Under the pieces are notes generated by a model. It saw only the letters and a program-made list of their open reading frames with translations, had not been told where the DNA came from and searched no databases. Positions 28,547 through 38,577 of a DNA stretch of 58,938 bases are shown piece by piece. The stretch is from Ruminococcus sp. Lineage in GTDB: Bacteria > Bacillota > Clostridia > Oscillospirales > Ruminococcaceae. Position 1 is the stretch's first letter, and every line of letters begins with the position of its first letter. The translations under genes were made by a program, and so were the position numbers. The DNA lies in NCBI GenBank assembly GCA_015066905.1, contig SVNN01000001.1, forward strand, positions 1 to 58,938, given 5' to 3'.

Positions 28547-29989
28547 TCAGATTTCCCTGCGTGTAAAGCCGTCCCAGGCAATCAGCAGGAATACGAACAA
28601 ATGGATCAGAACGATTGCAGCTGCAAAGCCGGGTGTGTGGCCGACAAACATCGAGTTGCCCTCAACGATTGCCTGCATATCGGTGTTGGAGAAGATGAGG
28701 AATCTGCCCCAGTCCATCTGGAACATACCCAGAATGGAAACCAGTGTGTTGCCGATAAAGGTTGCGGCGATGCCTGCGCCGACTGCCAGTGCAGTGCTGC
28801 GGATCATAGAAGAGATTGCAAACGCGAAGGTTGCATTCACAACGATGTCGATGCTGCCGAAGAAGTAGGTGCGGAGCGTATAGAGGATGCCGGGAATGCG
28901 CTTGACCTCGTCGCCGGAGATGTAGTGGTAATATGCGTCGATGTTGTCAAAGCCCATCAGCATTGCGCTCATGACGACCGCTACTAAGAAAGAGATCAGG
29001 AGGATCAGATAGCCGAAGCTGATTGCGGTGAAATATTTCGCCATCAGGATCTTCCAGCGCTTGACGGGGTTGATCAGCAGGAACTTGATTGTGCCCTGCG
29101 AGAACTCCGAAGCAACGATACCGCCTGCGATGACGATGATGAGCACGCCGATAATGCCGGAGATCATATAGCTGCCGTTGAGGACGTTCCAGAAGTCGAA
29201 TTTTCCGTTGTTCATCCAGCCGGTATTCTCGCTGACGTCATAATATGCCTCGTGCTGGATGCGGTAGTCGTAGAGTGCGAATGCGTCCTTTGCTGTTTTC
29301 ATCGTATCAGAGGAAACGAGCTGTCCGTTCTTTTCAGAAGCTTCCAGTGTTTCAAGACGCTGACGCGCTGTATCCCAGTTTTTGACCAGCATATATGCGT
29401 CATCCGTTTCAACGGGCATAATGTCGTGATCCAGACAGTACTGATCTACGGTGGTCATATTCTTGATCTCCTGTTCAGAGAGTCCTGACTCCTTGCCTGC
29501 CGAACGGGTGAAGTCAATCTTCATCGTGAGATATGATTTCCAGTCACGGTTGTCGATCGCGCGGGTGAACTGTTCGATCTCTTTGGAATAATCCGCGTTG
29601 TTTTCGATCTCGGTCATATACAGTGTGCTGAGGAAGTTTTCTGCCGCCAGGAAGGTCCAGTGGTCATATTCCAGCACACAGTGTTCCAGCTCGAAGCTGA
29701 CGATTCTGAGCCGCTGTTCAACCTGCTCAATTGCAAAATAAGTTTCGTCAACGGGATTTTCCTCAGCCTTGAGTGCCTCCAATTCTGTCTGGAGCGAGTT
29801 TTTCTCCCAGTCGAGTGATTCTTCCACGCTTCCCATATAGAAGAATTCGCTGTTCATCGTATAATCAACCAGTTTTGCGATGCCGAGATATGCTACGGTC
29901 AGCAAAACGGCAAGGATCATAATGATCAGCGTAGAGATCTTTTTCAGTTTGATATACTCGTTGGCCACGAGTTTTCCGAATTTAGCCAA
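28547..29989 (-). CDS. ABC exporter permease with large extracellular domain (YhcI-like)
   Basis: NEYIKL, IVASEFSQGTIKFLLINPVKRWKILMAKY, FTRREI; TTG start. Confidence 0.85.
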   Translation of the reverse strand: MAKFGKLVANEYIKLKKISTLIIMILAVLLTVAYLGIAKLVDYTMNSEFFYMGSVEESLDWEKNSLQTELEALKAEENPVDETYFAIEQVEQRLRIVSFELEHCVLEYDHWTFLAAENFLSTLYMTEIENNADYSKEIEQFTRAIDNRDWKSYLTMKIDFTRSAGKESGLSEQEIKNMTTVDQYCLDHDIMPVETDDAYMLVKNWDTARQRLETLEASEKNGQLVSSDTMKTAKDAFALYDYRIQHEAYYDVSENTGWMNNGKFDFWNVLNGSYMISGIIGVLIIVIAGGIVASEFSQGTIKFLLINPVKRWKILMAKYFTAISFGYLILLISFLVAVVMSAMLMGFDNIDAYYHYISGDEVKRIPGILYTLRTYFFGSIDIVVNATFAFAISSMIRSTALAVGAGIAATFIGNTLVSILGMFQMDWGRFLIFSNTDMQAIVEGNSMFVGHTPGFAAAIVLIHLFVFLLIAWDGFTRREI

Positions 29990-30923
29990 TCTGGTTCCCT
30001 CCCGTCTGTGTCATAGCAATAAAGACATCCTCAAGCGACTTGTTCTGCTCAGGGATACAGTTCATAATGCGGATTCCGCCGCCGACCAGCTGTTCAATCA
30101 CATCTGCGATCATCTCGTCCGCTGTTTCATGCGGCACGCTGACCGCGAGAATATCGTCGCTTGTCTGCACCTGTGCGCCCTGCTGTGCAAGCAGCTCGGC
30201 AGCCTTTGCGCTGTCGCTGACGCGGAGCGTATAGCGGATCGTCTTTTCCTGTGCGTTGGAGATGAGTTCCTCCACAGTCTTGACGTCAAGCAGCTTGCCG
30301 TTTACGATGATGCCGACGCGGTCACACATCAGTTCCATCTCCGACATCAGGTGGCTGGAAACCAGAACGCCGATGCCTTCTTCATGTGCGAGATTTTTCA
30401 GAATATCACGCAGCTCCTTGATGCCCGCCGGGTCGAGACCATTGGTCGGCTCGTCGAGGATCAGAAGACGGGGACGGTGCAAAATTGCCTGTGCAACACC
30501 CAGACGCTGCCGCATACCGAGTGAATATTTGCCTACCTTGTCGTTGATCCGGTTGGAGAGTCCGACCAGCGCAACGACCTCCTGGATGCGTTTTTCATCC
30601 ACACCGCCGCGCATTCTTGCATACTGGCGGAGGTTCTGCAGTCCGGTCAGATGTTTGTAAAGCTCGGGGTTTTCAACAATTCCGCCGACGCTTGCCATTG
30701 CTTTTTCAAAATTCTTCTTGACCGAAACGCCGCCGATCTCAATGTCGCCCTCATCCAGCGAGAGCAGACCGACTGCAACCTTGATTGTTGTGGTCTTTCC
30801 CGCGCCGTTCGGGCCAAGAAAGCCGAATACTTCTCCCTGATAGGTTTCAAAGGAGATGTCGTGCAGAATCTGACGCTTCCCGAAGAATTTGTTCAGATGC
30901 TGAATTTTCAGTGCTGTTTCCAT
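29982..30923 (-). CDS. ABC transporter ATP-binding protein (BcrA/YhcH-like)
   Basis: GPNGAGKTT, YSLGMRQRLG, LDEPTNGLDPAG. Confidence 0.92.
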   Translation of the reverse strand: METALKIQHLNKFFGKRQILHDISFETYQGEVFGFLGPNGAGKTTTIKVAVGLLSLDEGDIEIGGVSVKKNFEKAMASVGGIVENPELYKHLTGLQNLRQYARMRGGVDEKRIQEVVALVGLSNRINDKVGKYSLGMRQRLGVAQAILHRPRLLILDEPTNGLDPAGIKELRDILKNLAHEEGIGVLVSSHLMSEMELMCDRVGIIVNGKLLDVKTVEELISNAQEKTIRYTLRVSDSAKAAELLAQQGAQVQTSDDILAVSVPHETADEMIADVIEQLVGGGIRIMNCIPEQNKSLEDVFIAMTQTGGNQIG

Positions 30924-30929
30924 ATCTGA

Positions 30930-31697
30930 TCAATACCCTCCCATCATCAGTTCTGTATCCGTTTCCATGTCATATTCAGGGAGCAGATTGCCGTTTGAAT
31001 CGCTGTTTTCCGACATCAGGTTGTAGTCGAGCCAATCGACATAAGCAATGCGCCATGTGCCGTCGGTCTTTTTCATTGTCAGCTCCAGATAGACGTAGCC
31101 GCTTGCCTTCATGACCTCGTCTGTGTATTTGTGGGATTCATTTGCGTAGGAGTTGCGCAGCGGAACATCGAGTGCGGGCAGGTGGAAATACGGGTTGCCG
31201 ACATATTTCGCATCAAAGTCGTACTGGACAAGCACCTTTGCCAGATCTACACCGCTTTTTGAGATATCAGGCTTGCCGCTTCTCAGATTAACGTTGACCT
31301 CGGTGACATAGCCGTAGTACTGGGGCGCTGTGTCACAGTGGATGTCCAGCAGCTCGGCCTGGTTCTTGCCGTAGTAGTAGCCGTACATCGAGGTGTTGTT
31401 CTCCACGGAATCTGCCGGTGTCATATGTTTGTTGATGACCTCCTGCATATTGGCCTTGATCTCATTGACGCAAGCGTCCGAGCAGCAGGCAGCATCCAGT
31501 GTGCGGTATGCTTCCGGTGTTACGCCTGCATCCATCAGCTCACAGACAAAGGTGTCTGCAAGATCCTTCAGCTCCGGCTTTGCCTTGCTGAAGCTGCGGG
31601 TGTCTGCGACGATGTAGATGATCAGCGCGATCAGCAGAATCGCACCGAGTACAAGGCCGCGGTTCATTCGTTTGAGAAATCGCTTCATTCCCCTCAT
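30930..31697 (-). CDS. Hypothetical membrane-anchored extracellular protein
   Basis: Basic N-terminus, TM GLVLGAILLIALIIYIV, first gene of the ABC operon; start may be 31688. Confidence 0.75.
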   Translation of the reverse strand: MRGMKRFLKRMNRGLVLGAILLIALIIYIVADTRSFSKAKPELKDLADTFVCELMDAGVTPEAYRTLDAACCSDACVNEIKANMQEVINKHMTPADSVENNTSMYGYYYGKNQAELLDIHCDTAPQYYGYVTEVNVNLRSGKPDISKSGVDLAKVLVQYDFDAKYVGNPYFHLPALDVPLRNSYANESHKYTDEVMKASGYVYLELTMKKTDGTWRIAYVDWLDYNLMSENSDSNGNLLPEYDMETDTELMMGGY

Positions 31698-31754
31698 CCT
31701 TCCTCTTTCTCATGATTCAAAGTGTTCTATTAAGAATAATACACTTCGCTATTC

Positions 31755-31783
31755 AGTATACTCTATTTACTAAACCATGTCAA
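31755..31783 (-). promoter_or_regulatory. Sigma-A promoter of ABC operon
   Basis: TTGACA-17-TATACT. Confidence 0.7.
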
Positions 31784-31829
31784 GTATTTTTCCAAAATTC
31801 CCGATTGCGTGCAAAATCAGCAAATAAAT

Positions 31830-31866
31830 CACCCGCTTTTCGTATATATTCAACGAAAAGCGGGTG
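31830..31866 (-). terminator. Terminator after ychF
   Basis: CACCCGCTTTTCGT/ACGAAAAGCGGGTG perfect stem. Confidence 0.75.
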
Positions 31867-31875
31867 TACAATTTG

Positions 31876-32970
31876 TTATACGTTAAAGCGGAAGAGGACG
31901 ATGTCGCCGTCCTGCATCACATATTCCTTGCCTTCCAGACGGACAAGGCCCTTTTCCTTTGCAGCTGCCATCGTGCCGCATGCCATCAGGTCGTCGAACG
32001 AAACGACCTCGGCGCGGATGAAGCCCTTTTCAAAATCGGTATGGATTTTTCCGGCTGCCTGCGGTGCCTTTGTGCCGCGCTTGATCGTCCATGCGCGCAC
32101 CTCAGGCTGTCCTGCGGTGAGGTAGGAGATCAGTCCGAGGAGCGAATATCCCTCCTGGATGATACGGCCGAGTCCCGAAACCTCCAGTCCCAGCTCGGAG
32201 AGGAACATCGCCTTGTCCTCGTCGGACATATCCGAGATCTCTGCCTCGACCTGTGCACAGATCGGCAGTACAGCAGCGTTTTCCTCCTTTGCAATGCCGC
32301 ATACGGTCTGATAGTGCGGCTGGGTGGAAAGATCGCCTGCAAAATCCGCTTCAGAAAGGTTTGCGGCATAGATCACGGGCTTTGCGGAGAGGAGCGGTGT
32401 TTCCTGTAAAAATGCACGCTCGTCCTCGGTGCAGTCAAAGCCGCGCGCGGATTTTCCTTCTTCAAGATATGCCTTCAGACGCTCTAACAGCTCAACCTCA
32501 ACGAGGTGCTTCTTGTCGCCCTTTGCCATCTTCTTGACGCGGTCGATTCTGCGGTCGATCAGCTCGATGTCGGAGAAGATCAGCTCCAGATTGATCGTTT
32601 CAATATCTCTTGCGGGATTGATTTCGCCGTCAACGTGGATGACGTCAATATCCTCAAAGCAGCGGACAACGTGAACGATCGCATCCACCTCTCGGATGTC
32701 AGCGAGGAACTTGTTGCCCAGACCCTCGCCCTTGGACGCGCCCTTGACCAGTCCTGCGATATCAACGAATTCGAGGGTTGCGGGTGTGAATTTTTCAGGG
32801 TTATACATCTCGCGCAGTTTGTCCAGACGGCTGTCGGGGACAGATACGATACCGATGTTCTTGTCAATGGTGCAGAACGGATAGTTTGCAGATTCCGCAC
32901 CTGCATTCGTCAGTGCGTTGAACAATGTGCTTTTGCCGACATTCGGCAGTCCGACCATACCCAGTTTCAT
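31876..32970 (-). CDS. ychF: Redox-regulated ATPase YchF
   Basis: [43 protein letters not shown]. Confidence 0.97.
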   Translation of the reverse strand: MKLGMVGLPNVGKSTLFNALTNAGAESANYPFCTIDKNIGIVSVPDSRLDKLREMYNPEKFTPATLEFVDIAGLVKGASKGEGLGNKFLADIREVDAIVHVVRCFEDIDVIHVDGEINPARDIETINLELIFSDIELIDRRIDRVKKMAKGDKKHLVEVELLERLKAYLEEGKSARGFDCTEDERAFLQETPLLSAKPVIYAANLSEADFAGDLSTQPHYQTVCGIAKEENAAVLPICAQVEAEISDMSDEDKAMFLSELGLEVSGLGRIIQEGYSLLGLISYLTAGQPEVRAWTIKRGTKAPQAAGKIHTDFEKGFIRAEVVSFDDLMACGTMAAAKEKGLVRLEGKEYVMQDGDIVLFRFNV

Positions 32971-32994
32971 ATGTATATTCTCCTTTGCTGATGT

Positions 32995-33906
32995 TTATGA
33001 TTGCGGTACCAGTGCAAGAAGCTCGTTGACTTCTTCTTCCGTGGCAAGCCATTCGCTGAATGCTGTTGCGCTTCCTGTTGCAATGCCGAGGCGGAATGCC
33101 TCAAGATAATCCCCTGTGCGCAGAAAACCTGCGAGGAAGCCGGCAAGCATCGAGTCGCCCGCGCCGACGGAATTGACCGCTTCGCCGCCCGGCGCGCCCA
33201 GACGATGCACCGCGCCCTTTTCGGTCACAAGCAGTGCGCCGCGTTCGGCAAGGGAAATGATGACGTTTCTCGCGCCCTGGAACTGAAGCTCCTTGGCGCA
33301 CGAGAGCAGTTCCTCGTCGGTATGCGCCTCGCGTCCGCAGAGTTCGATCAGCTCATGCTCGTTCGGCTTGATGAGGAACGGGCAGAATTTCAGGACACGG
33401 AGCAGCAGCTCGCCCGTTGCGTCCACCGCGACAGAGATGCCGCGTCCGTACAGACGGGAGAGGATCTGTTCGTATGTATCCGGCGGCATCGAACGCGGGA
33501 TGCTGCCTGCAAGCACCAGAACATCGCCGATCTTCAGACGGTCGAGCTTCTGATACAGCTGTTCGAGATCTTCGTCGGTCGGTGCGGGGCCTTGTCCGTT
33601 GATTTCGGTTTCCAGTTCAGATTTCAGTTTGACATTGATGCGGCTTGCGCCGTGGCGGAGATTGATAAACTCCGTCGTGCAGTTCTGCTCGCGCAGGAAG
33701 GAGAGAATTGCACTTCCTGTGAATCCGGCGGTAAAGCCGAGCGCGATGCTTTCCACACCCAGACGGCGGAGCATCATCGAAACATTCAGACCTTTTCCGC
33801 CGGCATAGATCCGTTCGTCGGCGGTGCGGTTGACGATTCCTTCGCTGAAGGACGGCACCTGGATGATGTAGTCCAGCGAGGGATTAAAGGTTACGGTATA
33901 AATCAC
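32995..33906 (-). CDS. pfkB: 1-phosphofructokinase-family kinase
   Basis: TVTFNPSLDY, GGKGLNVS, IKPNEHEL, VGAGDS; GTG start. Confidence 0.9.
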   Translation of the reverse strand: MIYTVTFNPSLDYIIQVPSFSEGIVNRTADERIYAGGKGLNVSMMLRRLGVESIALGFTAGFTGSAILSFLREQNCTTEFINLRHGASRINVKLKSELETEINGQGPAPTDEDLEQLYQKLDRLKIGDVLVLAGSIPRSMPPDTYEQILSRLYGRGISVAVDATGELLLRVLKFCPFLIKPNEHELIELCGREAHTDEELLSCAKELQFQGARNVIISLAERGALLVTEKGAVHRLGAPGGEAVNSVGAGDSMLAGFLAGFLRTGDYLEAFRLGIATGSATAFSEWLATEEEVNELLALVPQS

Positions 33907-35343
33907 TTAAGATACCTCCGCGGAAACGTCGGGGCTGCCGGCAGTTTCCGGAATTGTTGTCGGTTCAGCAGCGTCCCCTGCGGGTCTGAGGTGGACGAGC
34001 TGATGCGTATAAATGCGGCGTAGGAAGAAGATGCACAGCACAACGGTGATTACCTCGGCGCAGGGGAATGCAAGCCAGATGCGGTCTACATTGCCGGTGC
34101 GGGAGAAGAGGAATGCCAGCGGAATTAAAAATACGAGCTGGCGCGTTGCGGAGATGATCAGACTGGTTACGCCGTGACCCAGTGCCTGCATGCTGGAGAT
34201 GGAGATGATGCACAGACCTGCGAACAGGAAGCTGATGCTGATCAGACGAAGGGCGGGAACGCCGATCGCGAGCATCTGCGCGTCTGCGTCGAACATACGC
34301 AGGAGAGCCTGCGGTGCAAGCTGAAAGACGGAAAAGCCGATGACCATCAAAGAGACGGCATAGACCATTGCCAGCTTAATTGCTTTCATGATACGGGGTG
34401 TGTTGCCTGCGCCGAAGTTGAATGCGATGATCGGAACCACGCCGTTGTTGAGTCCGAATACGGGCATAAACACAAAGCTCTGAAGCTTGAAGTATACGCC
34501 GAACACGTTGATTGCGACCTCACCGAAGGCACGGAGCATCGTGTTCATGCAGAAGGTCATCACGGATGACAGGGAAGCGAGGAGAATCGAAGGAATGCCC
34601 ACGGCGTAGATCTTTCCGATGGTCGGCAGATGCGGACGCATCGCTTTCAGTGAGAAGGTCAGCTCGTGGTTTACCTTCAGGTTAAAGAAGATGCCCATAC
34701 AGCATGCCACAGACTGACCGATGACGGTTGCCGCTGCGGCGCCTGAAACGCCCATTTCGGGGAGACCGAATTTGCCGAAGATCAGACAGTAGTCGAGGAT
34801 GATGTTGATCACCGCACCTGTGCCCTGGATGAACATGGTGTAGATCGTTTTTCCGGTTGCCTGCAGCAGCCGCTCTGTGGCGATCTGACCGAACACGCCG
34901 AGCGAAAAGACGGTGCAGATGCGGAGATAGTCGGTGCCATATTCAATTACGGTCGGGTTATCCGACTGTGCGCGAAAAAAGAGTCCGGGGAAGAACAGAC
35001 CGAATATCAGGAACAGAACTGCGCTGAATACCGCGAGAAGCAGACCGTTGTGTGCGGCGCGGTTGGCGGTGTCGTAATTTTTCTCGCCCAGACTGCGCGA
35101 CAGCAGTGCATTGATACCGACGCCGGTGCCTGTACCGATCGCAATCATCAGATTCTGGATCGGGAAGGCGAGTGAGACGGCGGTCAGTGCTGTGTCGCTG
35201 ACCTTTGCGACAAAAATGCTGTCTACAATATTATAAAGCGCCTGTACCAGCATCGAAAGCATGATCGGGAGTGACATCGTGATGATCAGTTTGCTGATCG
35301 GCAGGACGCCCATCTTGTTTTGTTTTGTCAGTGTCTCTGACAT
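33907..35343 (-). CDS. MATE-family efflux transporter
   Basis: LYNIVDSIFV, NIILD, GVSGAAAAT; about 12 TM segments. Confidence 0.92.
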   Translation of the reverse strand: MSETLTKQNKMGVLPISKLIITMSLPIMLSMLVQALYNIVDSIFVAKVSDTALTAVSLAFPIQNLMIAIGTGTGVGINALLSRSLGEKNYDTANRAAHNGLLLAVFSAVLFLIFGLFFPGLFFRAQSDNPTVIEYGTDYLRICTVFSLGVFGQIATERLLQATGKTIYTMFIQGTGAVINIILDYCLIFGKFGLPEMGVSGAAAATVIGQSVACCMGIFFNLKVNHELTFSLKAMRPHLPTIGKIYAVGIPSILLASLSSVMTFCMNTMLRAFGEVAINVFGVYFKLQSFVFMPVFGLNNGVVPIIAFNFGAGNTPRIMKAIKLAMVYAVSLMVIGFSVFQLAPQALLRMFDADAQMLAIGVPALRLISISFLFAGLCIISISSMQALGHGVTSLIISATRQLVFLIPLAFLFSRTGNVDRIWLAFPCAEVITVVLCIFFLRRIYTHQLVHLRPAGDAAEPTTIPETAGSPDVSAEVS

Positions 35344-35428
35344 TTCTATTCATCTTCTTTCCGTTCAATTAGATACACATACTTTTTGATTATAGCATAT
35401 CTCACGGAAAAACGCAAGGAATTTTTGT

Positions 35429-36082
35429 TTATTGCTGCAGAAAAAGCGCGTCTACATGGCGCTTGTCTACACGGACGAGTCCGTCCTCACGCATTTTTTT
35501 CAGTTCGCGGAGCATTGCACTGCGGTCTACGCAGAGATAATCGGCAAGCTCTGCGCCTGTGAACGGCATCGAAAAGCTGGCGGTTCCGTTTCGTCTGGAG
35601 CTGAGCTGGAAGTAGCTCAGCAGCCGGTCGCGGATGCTCCGCTGGCTCAGTACCTCAATCCGTTCGCTGAGTCCGAGCGCCTTGTCGGAGATCAGACGGA
35701 ACATATTTTCCGTTACCTGCGTGTGACAGGCGCAGGCATTCGAGCAGCGCTTTGAGATCTCGTCATAGGTGATGAATACCACGGTGCAGGCAGTGTCTGC
35801 GATCACGGATACTGCATCGGGCAGACTGGCAAAGGCAAGACACTCGCCGAAGATGCCGCCTTCCTCAACCTGTTCGAGAATCGTGCGGTTGCCCTGTTCG
35901 TCGGTACGGACAAGATGGACTCTGCCCTCGGTCACGATCCCGATCCGTCCGCCTGTGGTTTCATAGTCGCACACCAGCTCTTCTTTTGTGAATCTTCGTT
36001 CGTCGGCATGAAAGCAGGTCATCATTCTGCCGCAGTCATAGTCGGATACACCGCGGAATAATGCAATATTCTGAATGTCCAT
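35429..36082 (-). CDS. Crp/Fnr-family transcriptional regulator
   Basis: cNMP-like domain (IFGE), CSNACACH, HTH LADYLCVDRSAMLRELKKM. Confidence 0.9.
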   Translation of the reverse strand: MDIQNIALFRGVSDYDCGRMMTCFHADERRFTKEELVCDYETTGGRIGIVTEGRVHLVRTDEQGNRTILEQVEEGGIFGECLAFASLPDAVSVIADTACTVVFITYDEISKRCSNACACHTQVTENMFRLISDKALGLSERIEVLSQRSIRDRLLSYFQLSSRRNGTASFSMPFTGAELADYLCVDRSAMLRELKKMREDGLVRVDKRHVDALFLQQ

Positions 36083-36107
36083 AAAAATTTTCGTCCTTTT
36101 TTTCAAT

Positions 36108-36123
36108 TGTTGCAAATGCAACA
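36108..36123. promoter_or_regulatory. Palindromic operator, probably bound by the adjacent Crp/Fnr regulator
   Basis: TGTTGCA-AA-TGCAACA, perfect 7-bp arms between divergent genes. Confidence 0.65.
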
Positions 36124-36232
36124 GATTTTCTGCAATTCTTATGATAAACTAAGGTCATGGAAAAGTCAAGGGCTTTTCCGTCGAAAAGAATGATAAGATT
36201 CAAAATCATGTCATGTATGGAGGATTACAATT

Positions 36233-36778
36233 ATGAAAAAATATGTTTGCGCGATCTGCGGTTATGTACACGAGGGAGATTCTGCACCGGAGAACTGCCC
36301 GCAGTGCAAGGCACCTGCATCCAAGTTCAGCGAGATGAAGGAAGAGGGAACTGCATGGGCTGACCAGCACGTTGTCGGCGTTGCAAAGGGCGTTTCCGAG
36401 GAGATCATTGAAGGACTCCGTCAGAACTTTACCGGCGAATGCACCGAGGTTGGTATGTATCTTGCAATGGCACGCGTGGCACATCGCGAGGGCTATCCTG
36501 AGATCGGTCTTTACTGGGAGAAGGCTGCATGGGAAGAAGCAGAGCACGCCGCGAAGTTTGCTGAGCTGCTCGGTGAGGTCGTAACCGATTCCACCAAGAA
36601 GAATCTTGAGCTGCGTGTGGCTGCTGAGAGCGGCGCTTGCCTCGGCAAGAAAGAGCTTGCTGCAAAGGCAAAGGAGCTCAATCTGGACGCGATCCACGAC
36701 ACCGTGCATGAAATGGCAAAGGATGAAGCAAGACACGGCTGTGCATTTGAAGGCCTGCTGAAGCGCTATTTTGGTTAA
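36233..36778 (+). CDS. Reverse rubrerythrin (NADH peroxidase)
   Basis: N-terminal CAICG/CPQC rubredoxin domain, then ferritin-like [21 protein letters not shown]. Confidence 0.92.
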   Translation: MKKYVCAICGYVHEGDSAPENCPQCKAPASKFSEMKEEGTAWADQHVVGVAKGVSEEIIEGLRQNFTGECTEVGMYLAMARVAHREGYPEIGLYWEKAAWEEAEHAAKFAELLGEVVTDSTKKNLELRVAAESGACLGKKELAAKAKELNLDAIHDTVHEMAKDEARHGCAFEGLLKRYFG

Positions 36779-36796
36779 TTGAAAGGAGGATGCATG

Positions 36797-36952
36797 ATGG
36801 AAAAATACACCTGCCCCTGCGGTTATGTTTATGATCCTGCAGTCGGCGATCCTGACGGCGGCATCGCACCCGGCACCAAGTGGGAAGACATCCCGGAAGA
36901 CTGGGTCTGTCCTGTATGCGGTCTCGGTAAGGACGCATTTACTGCAGAGTAA
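36797..36952 (+). CDS. Rubredoxin (51 aa, below the ORF-track cutoff)
   Basis: [51 protein letters not shown]; RBS AAGGAGG. Confidence 0.95.
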   Translation: MEKYTCPCGYVYDPAVGDPDGGIAPGTKWEDIPEDWVCPVCGLGKDAFTAE

Positions 36953-36965
36953 GGAATCAAATCTG

Positions 36966-37002
36966 AAAAAGCCCCCGTCACAGTTGCTGTGACGGGGGCT
37001 TT
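36966..37002 (+). terminator. Terminator after rubredoxin
   Basis: AAAGCCCCCGTCACAG/CTGTGACGGGGGCTTT. Confidence 0.8.
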
Positions 37003-37122
37003 CCAGTTTCTTTTGGCGAAGTGGCGCGAATTTTGTAGAATTCACTAGTGACAACAGCAGGGAAAGTGTGGTATAATGCAGGTATACATATTTATATCAC
37101 AAAAAGAAAGTCAGGTTTGCTT

Positions 37123-38574
37123 ATGCAGAATGAATATGATGTGATTATTGTCGGCAGCGGCGCGGCTGGCCTTTACGCGGCAATCAATCTCCCTGCCGAA
37201 ATGAAGATTCTTGTCCTTACAAAGCGCGAGCTCTCTCTTTGTAATTCCGCGCTGGCGCAGGGCGGAATCGCCGCGGTGTACGATTCGCCGCAGGACAACG
37301 CACAGCTCCACCTCAATGATACGCTCATCGCAGGCGGATTCCAGAACAACACCGAAACGCTCGGAATTCTGGTGAATGAGGCGGCGCAGGATATTGAAAA
37401 GATCATCAACCTCGGTGTGGAATTTGACCGGTCTGAGGACGGCTCCTATCACCGAACGCTGGAGGGCGGTCACTGCCGTCACAGAATCTTCCACCACAAG
37501 GACGCAACGGGTGCGGAGATTGTCGCAAAGCTGAGTGCGTATGTCCGCACCCTGCCGAATGTGACGATCCAGGAAAATTCTCTGCTCTGCCGCGTGCAGA
37601 AGACCTCGACGGGATTTTCGCTCGAAACCCTGCACGATGGCACACAGAGCGTCTGTCACACCCACTTCCTGATCCTCGCAACGGGCGGTATCGGCCGTGT
37701 GTATGAATACACCACCAATTCCGCGATCGCGACAGGCGACGGAATCAACTTTGCTTATCAGCTTGGCGCAAAGATCAAAAATCTCAGTCTGGTACAGTTC
37801 CACCCGACCGCATTCAACAATCACCACACGCGCGAGTGCTTCCTTATTTCCGAGGCGGTCCGCGGTGAGGGCGCGCATCTGCTGAATGCAAAGGGCGAAC
37901 GGTTTATGGGCGATTACGACGACCGTCTGGAGCTGGCACCCCGCGATGTCGTATCCCACGCGATCGTACTGGAGAGCCGCAAGCAGAATTCGCAGGAGTT
38001 CTATCTCGACATCAGCTATAAGGACGCGGATTTCATCCGCCGCCGTTTCCCGATGATTTACGAGAATCTGCTGAAGCAGGGCTTTGATCTCACCACCGAC
38101 CGCGTGCCGATCTATCCGTGCCAGCACTATCTGATGGGCGGAATCGACGTGGATATCAACTCCCGCACCAAGGTGAATTGTCTGTATGCCGCAGGTGAAT
38201 GTGCACATACGGGCGTACACGGAAACAATCGGCTGGCGAGCAATTCGCTGCTGGAGGCGCTTGTGTTCTCCCGCCGCGCCGCAGAGGATATTGTCCGCTG
38301 TGCGCAGAGCGTGCCGACGGGCTATGAACACTATCAGTTCCCGCCTGTGGAGACTGACAAGCATATTCCGCAGGGCGTGCGCACCGAGATCCGCAGGATC
38401 ATGCAGCAGTGCTATTTCGTCATCCCCGACCGCGAGGCTGCGGCGAAGGGCTTTGAACGCGTGATGGAGCTGCGCCATATGCTGAATACCGAAGAATTTG
38501 TTCTGAATGCTGATACAATTGAAGCCCGTTCGCTTGCAACGGTCGCTTATCTGATTTTGAAGGAGGTCATCTGA
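37123..38574 (+). CDS. nadB: L-aspartate oxidase
   Basis: GSGAAG, AQGGI, LEGGH, QFHPT, LAPRDVVS, HGNNRLASNSLLE. Confidence 0.93.
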   Translation: MQNEYDVIIVGSGAAGLYAAINLPAEMKILVLTKRELSLCNSALAQGGIAAVYDSPQDNAQLHLNDTLIAGGFQNNTETLGILVNEAAQDIEKIINLGVEFDRSEDGSYHRTLEGGHCRHRIFHHKDATGAEIVAKLSAYVRTLPNVTIQENSLLCRVQKTSTGFSLETLHDGTQSVCHTHFLILATGGIGRVYEYTTNSAIATGDGINFAYQLGAKIKNLSLVQFHPTAFNNHHTRECFLISEAVRGEGAHLLNAKGERFMGDYDDRLELAPRDVVSHAIVLESRKQNSQEFYLDISYKDADFIRRRFPMIYENLLKQGFDLTTDRVPIYPCQHYLMGGIDVDINSRTKVNCLYAAGECAHTGVHGNNRLASNSLLEALVFSRRAAEDIVRCAQSVPTGYEHYQFPPVETDKHIPQGVRTEIRRIMQQCYFVIPDREAAAKGFERVMELRHMLNTEEFVLNADTIEARSLATVAYLILKEVI

Positions 38575-38577
38575 TTT

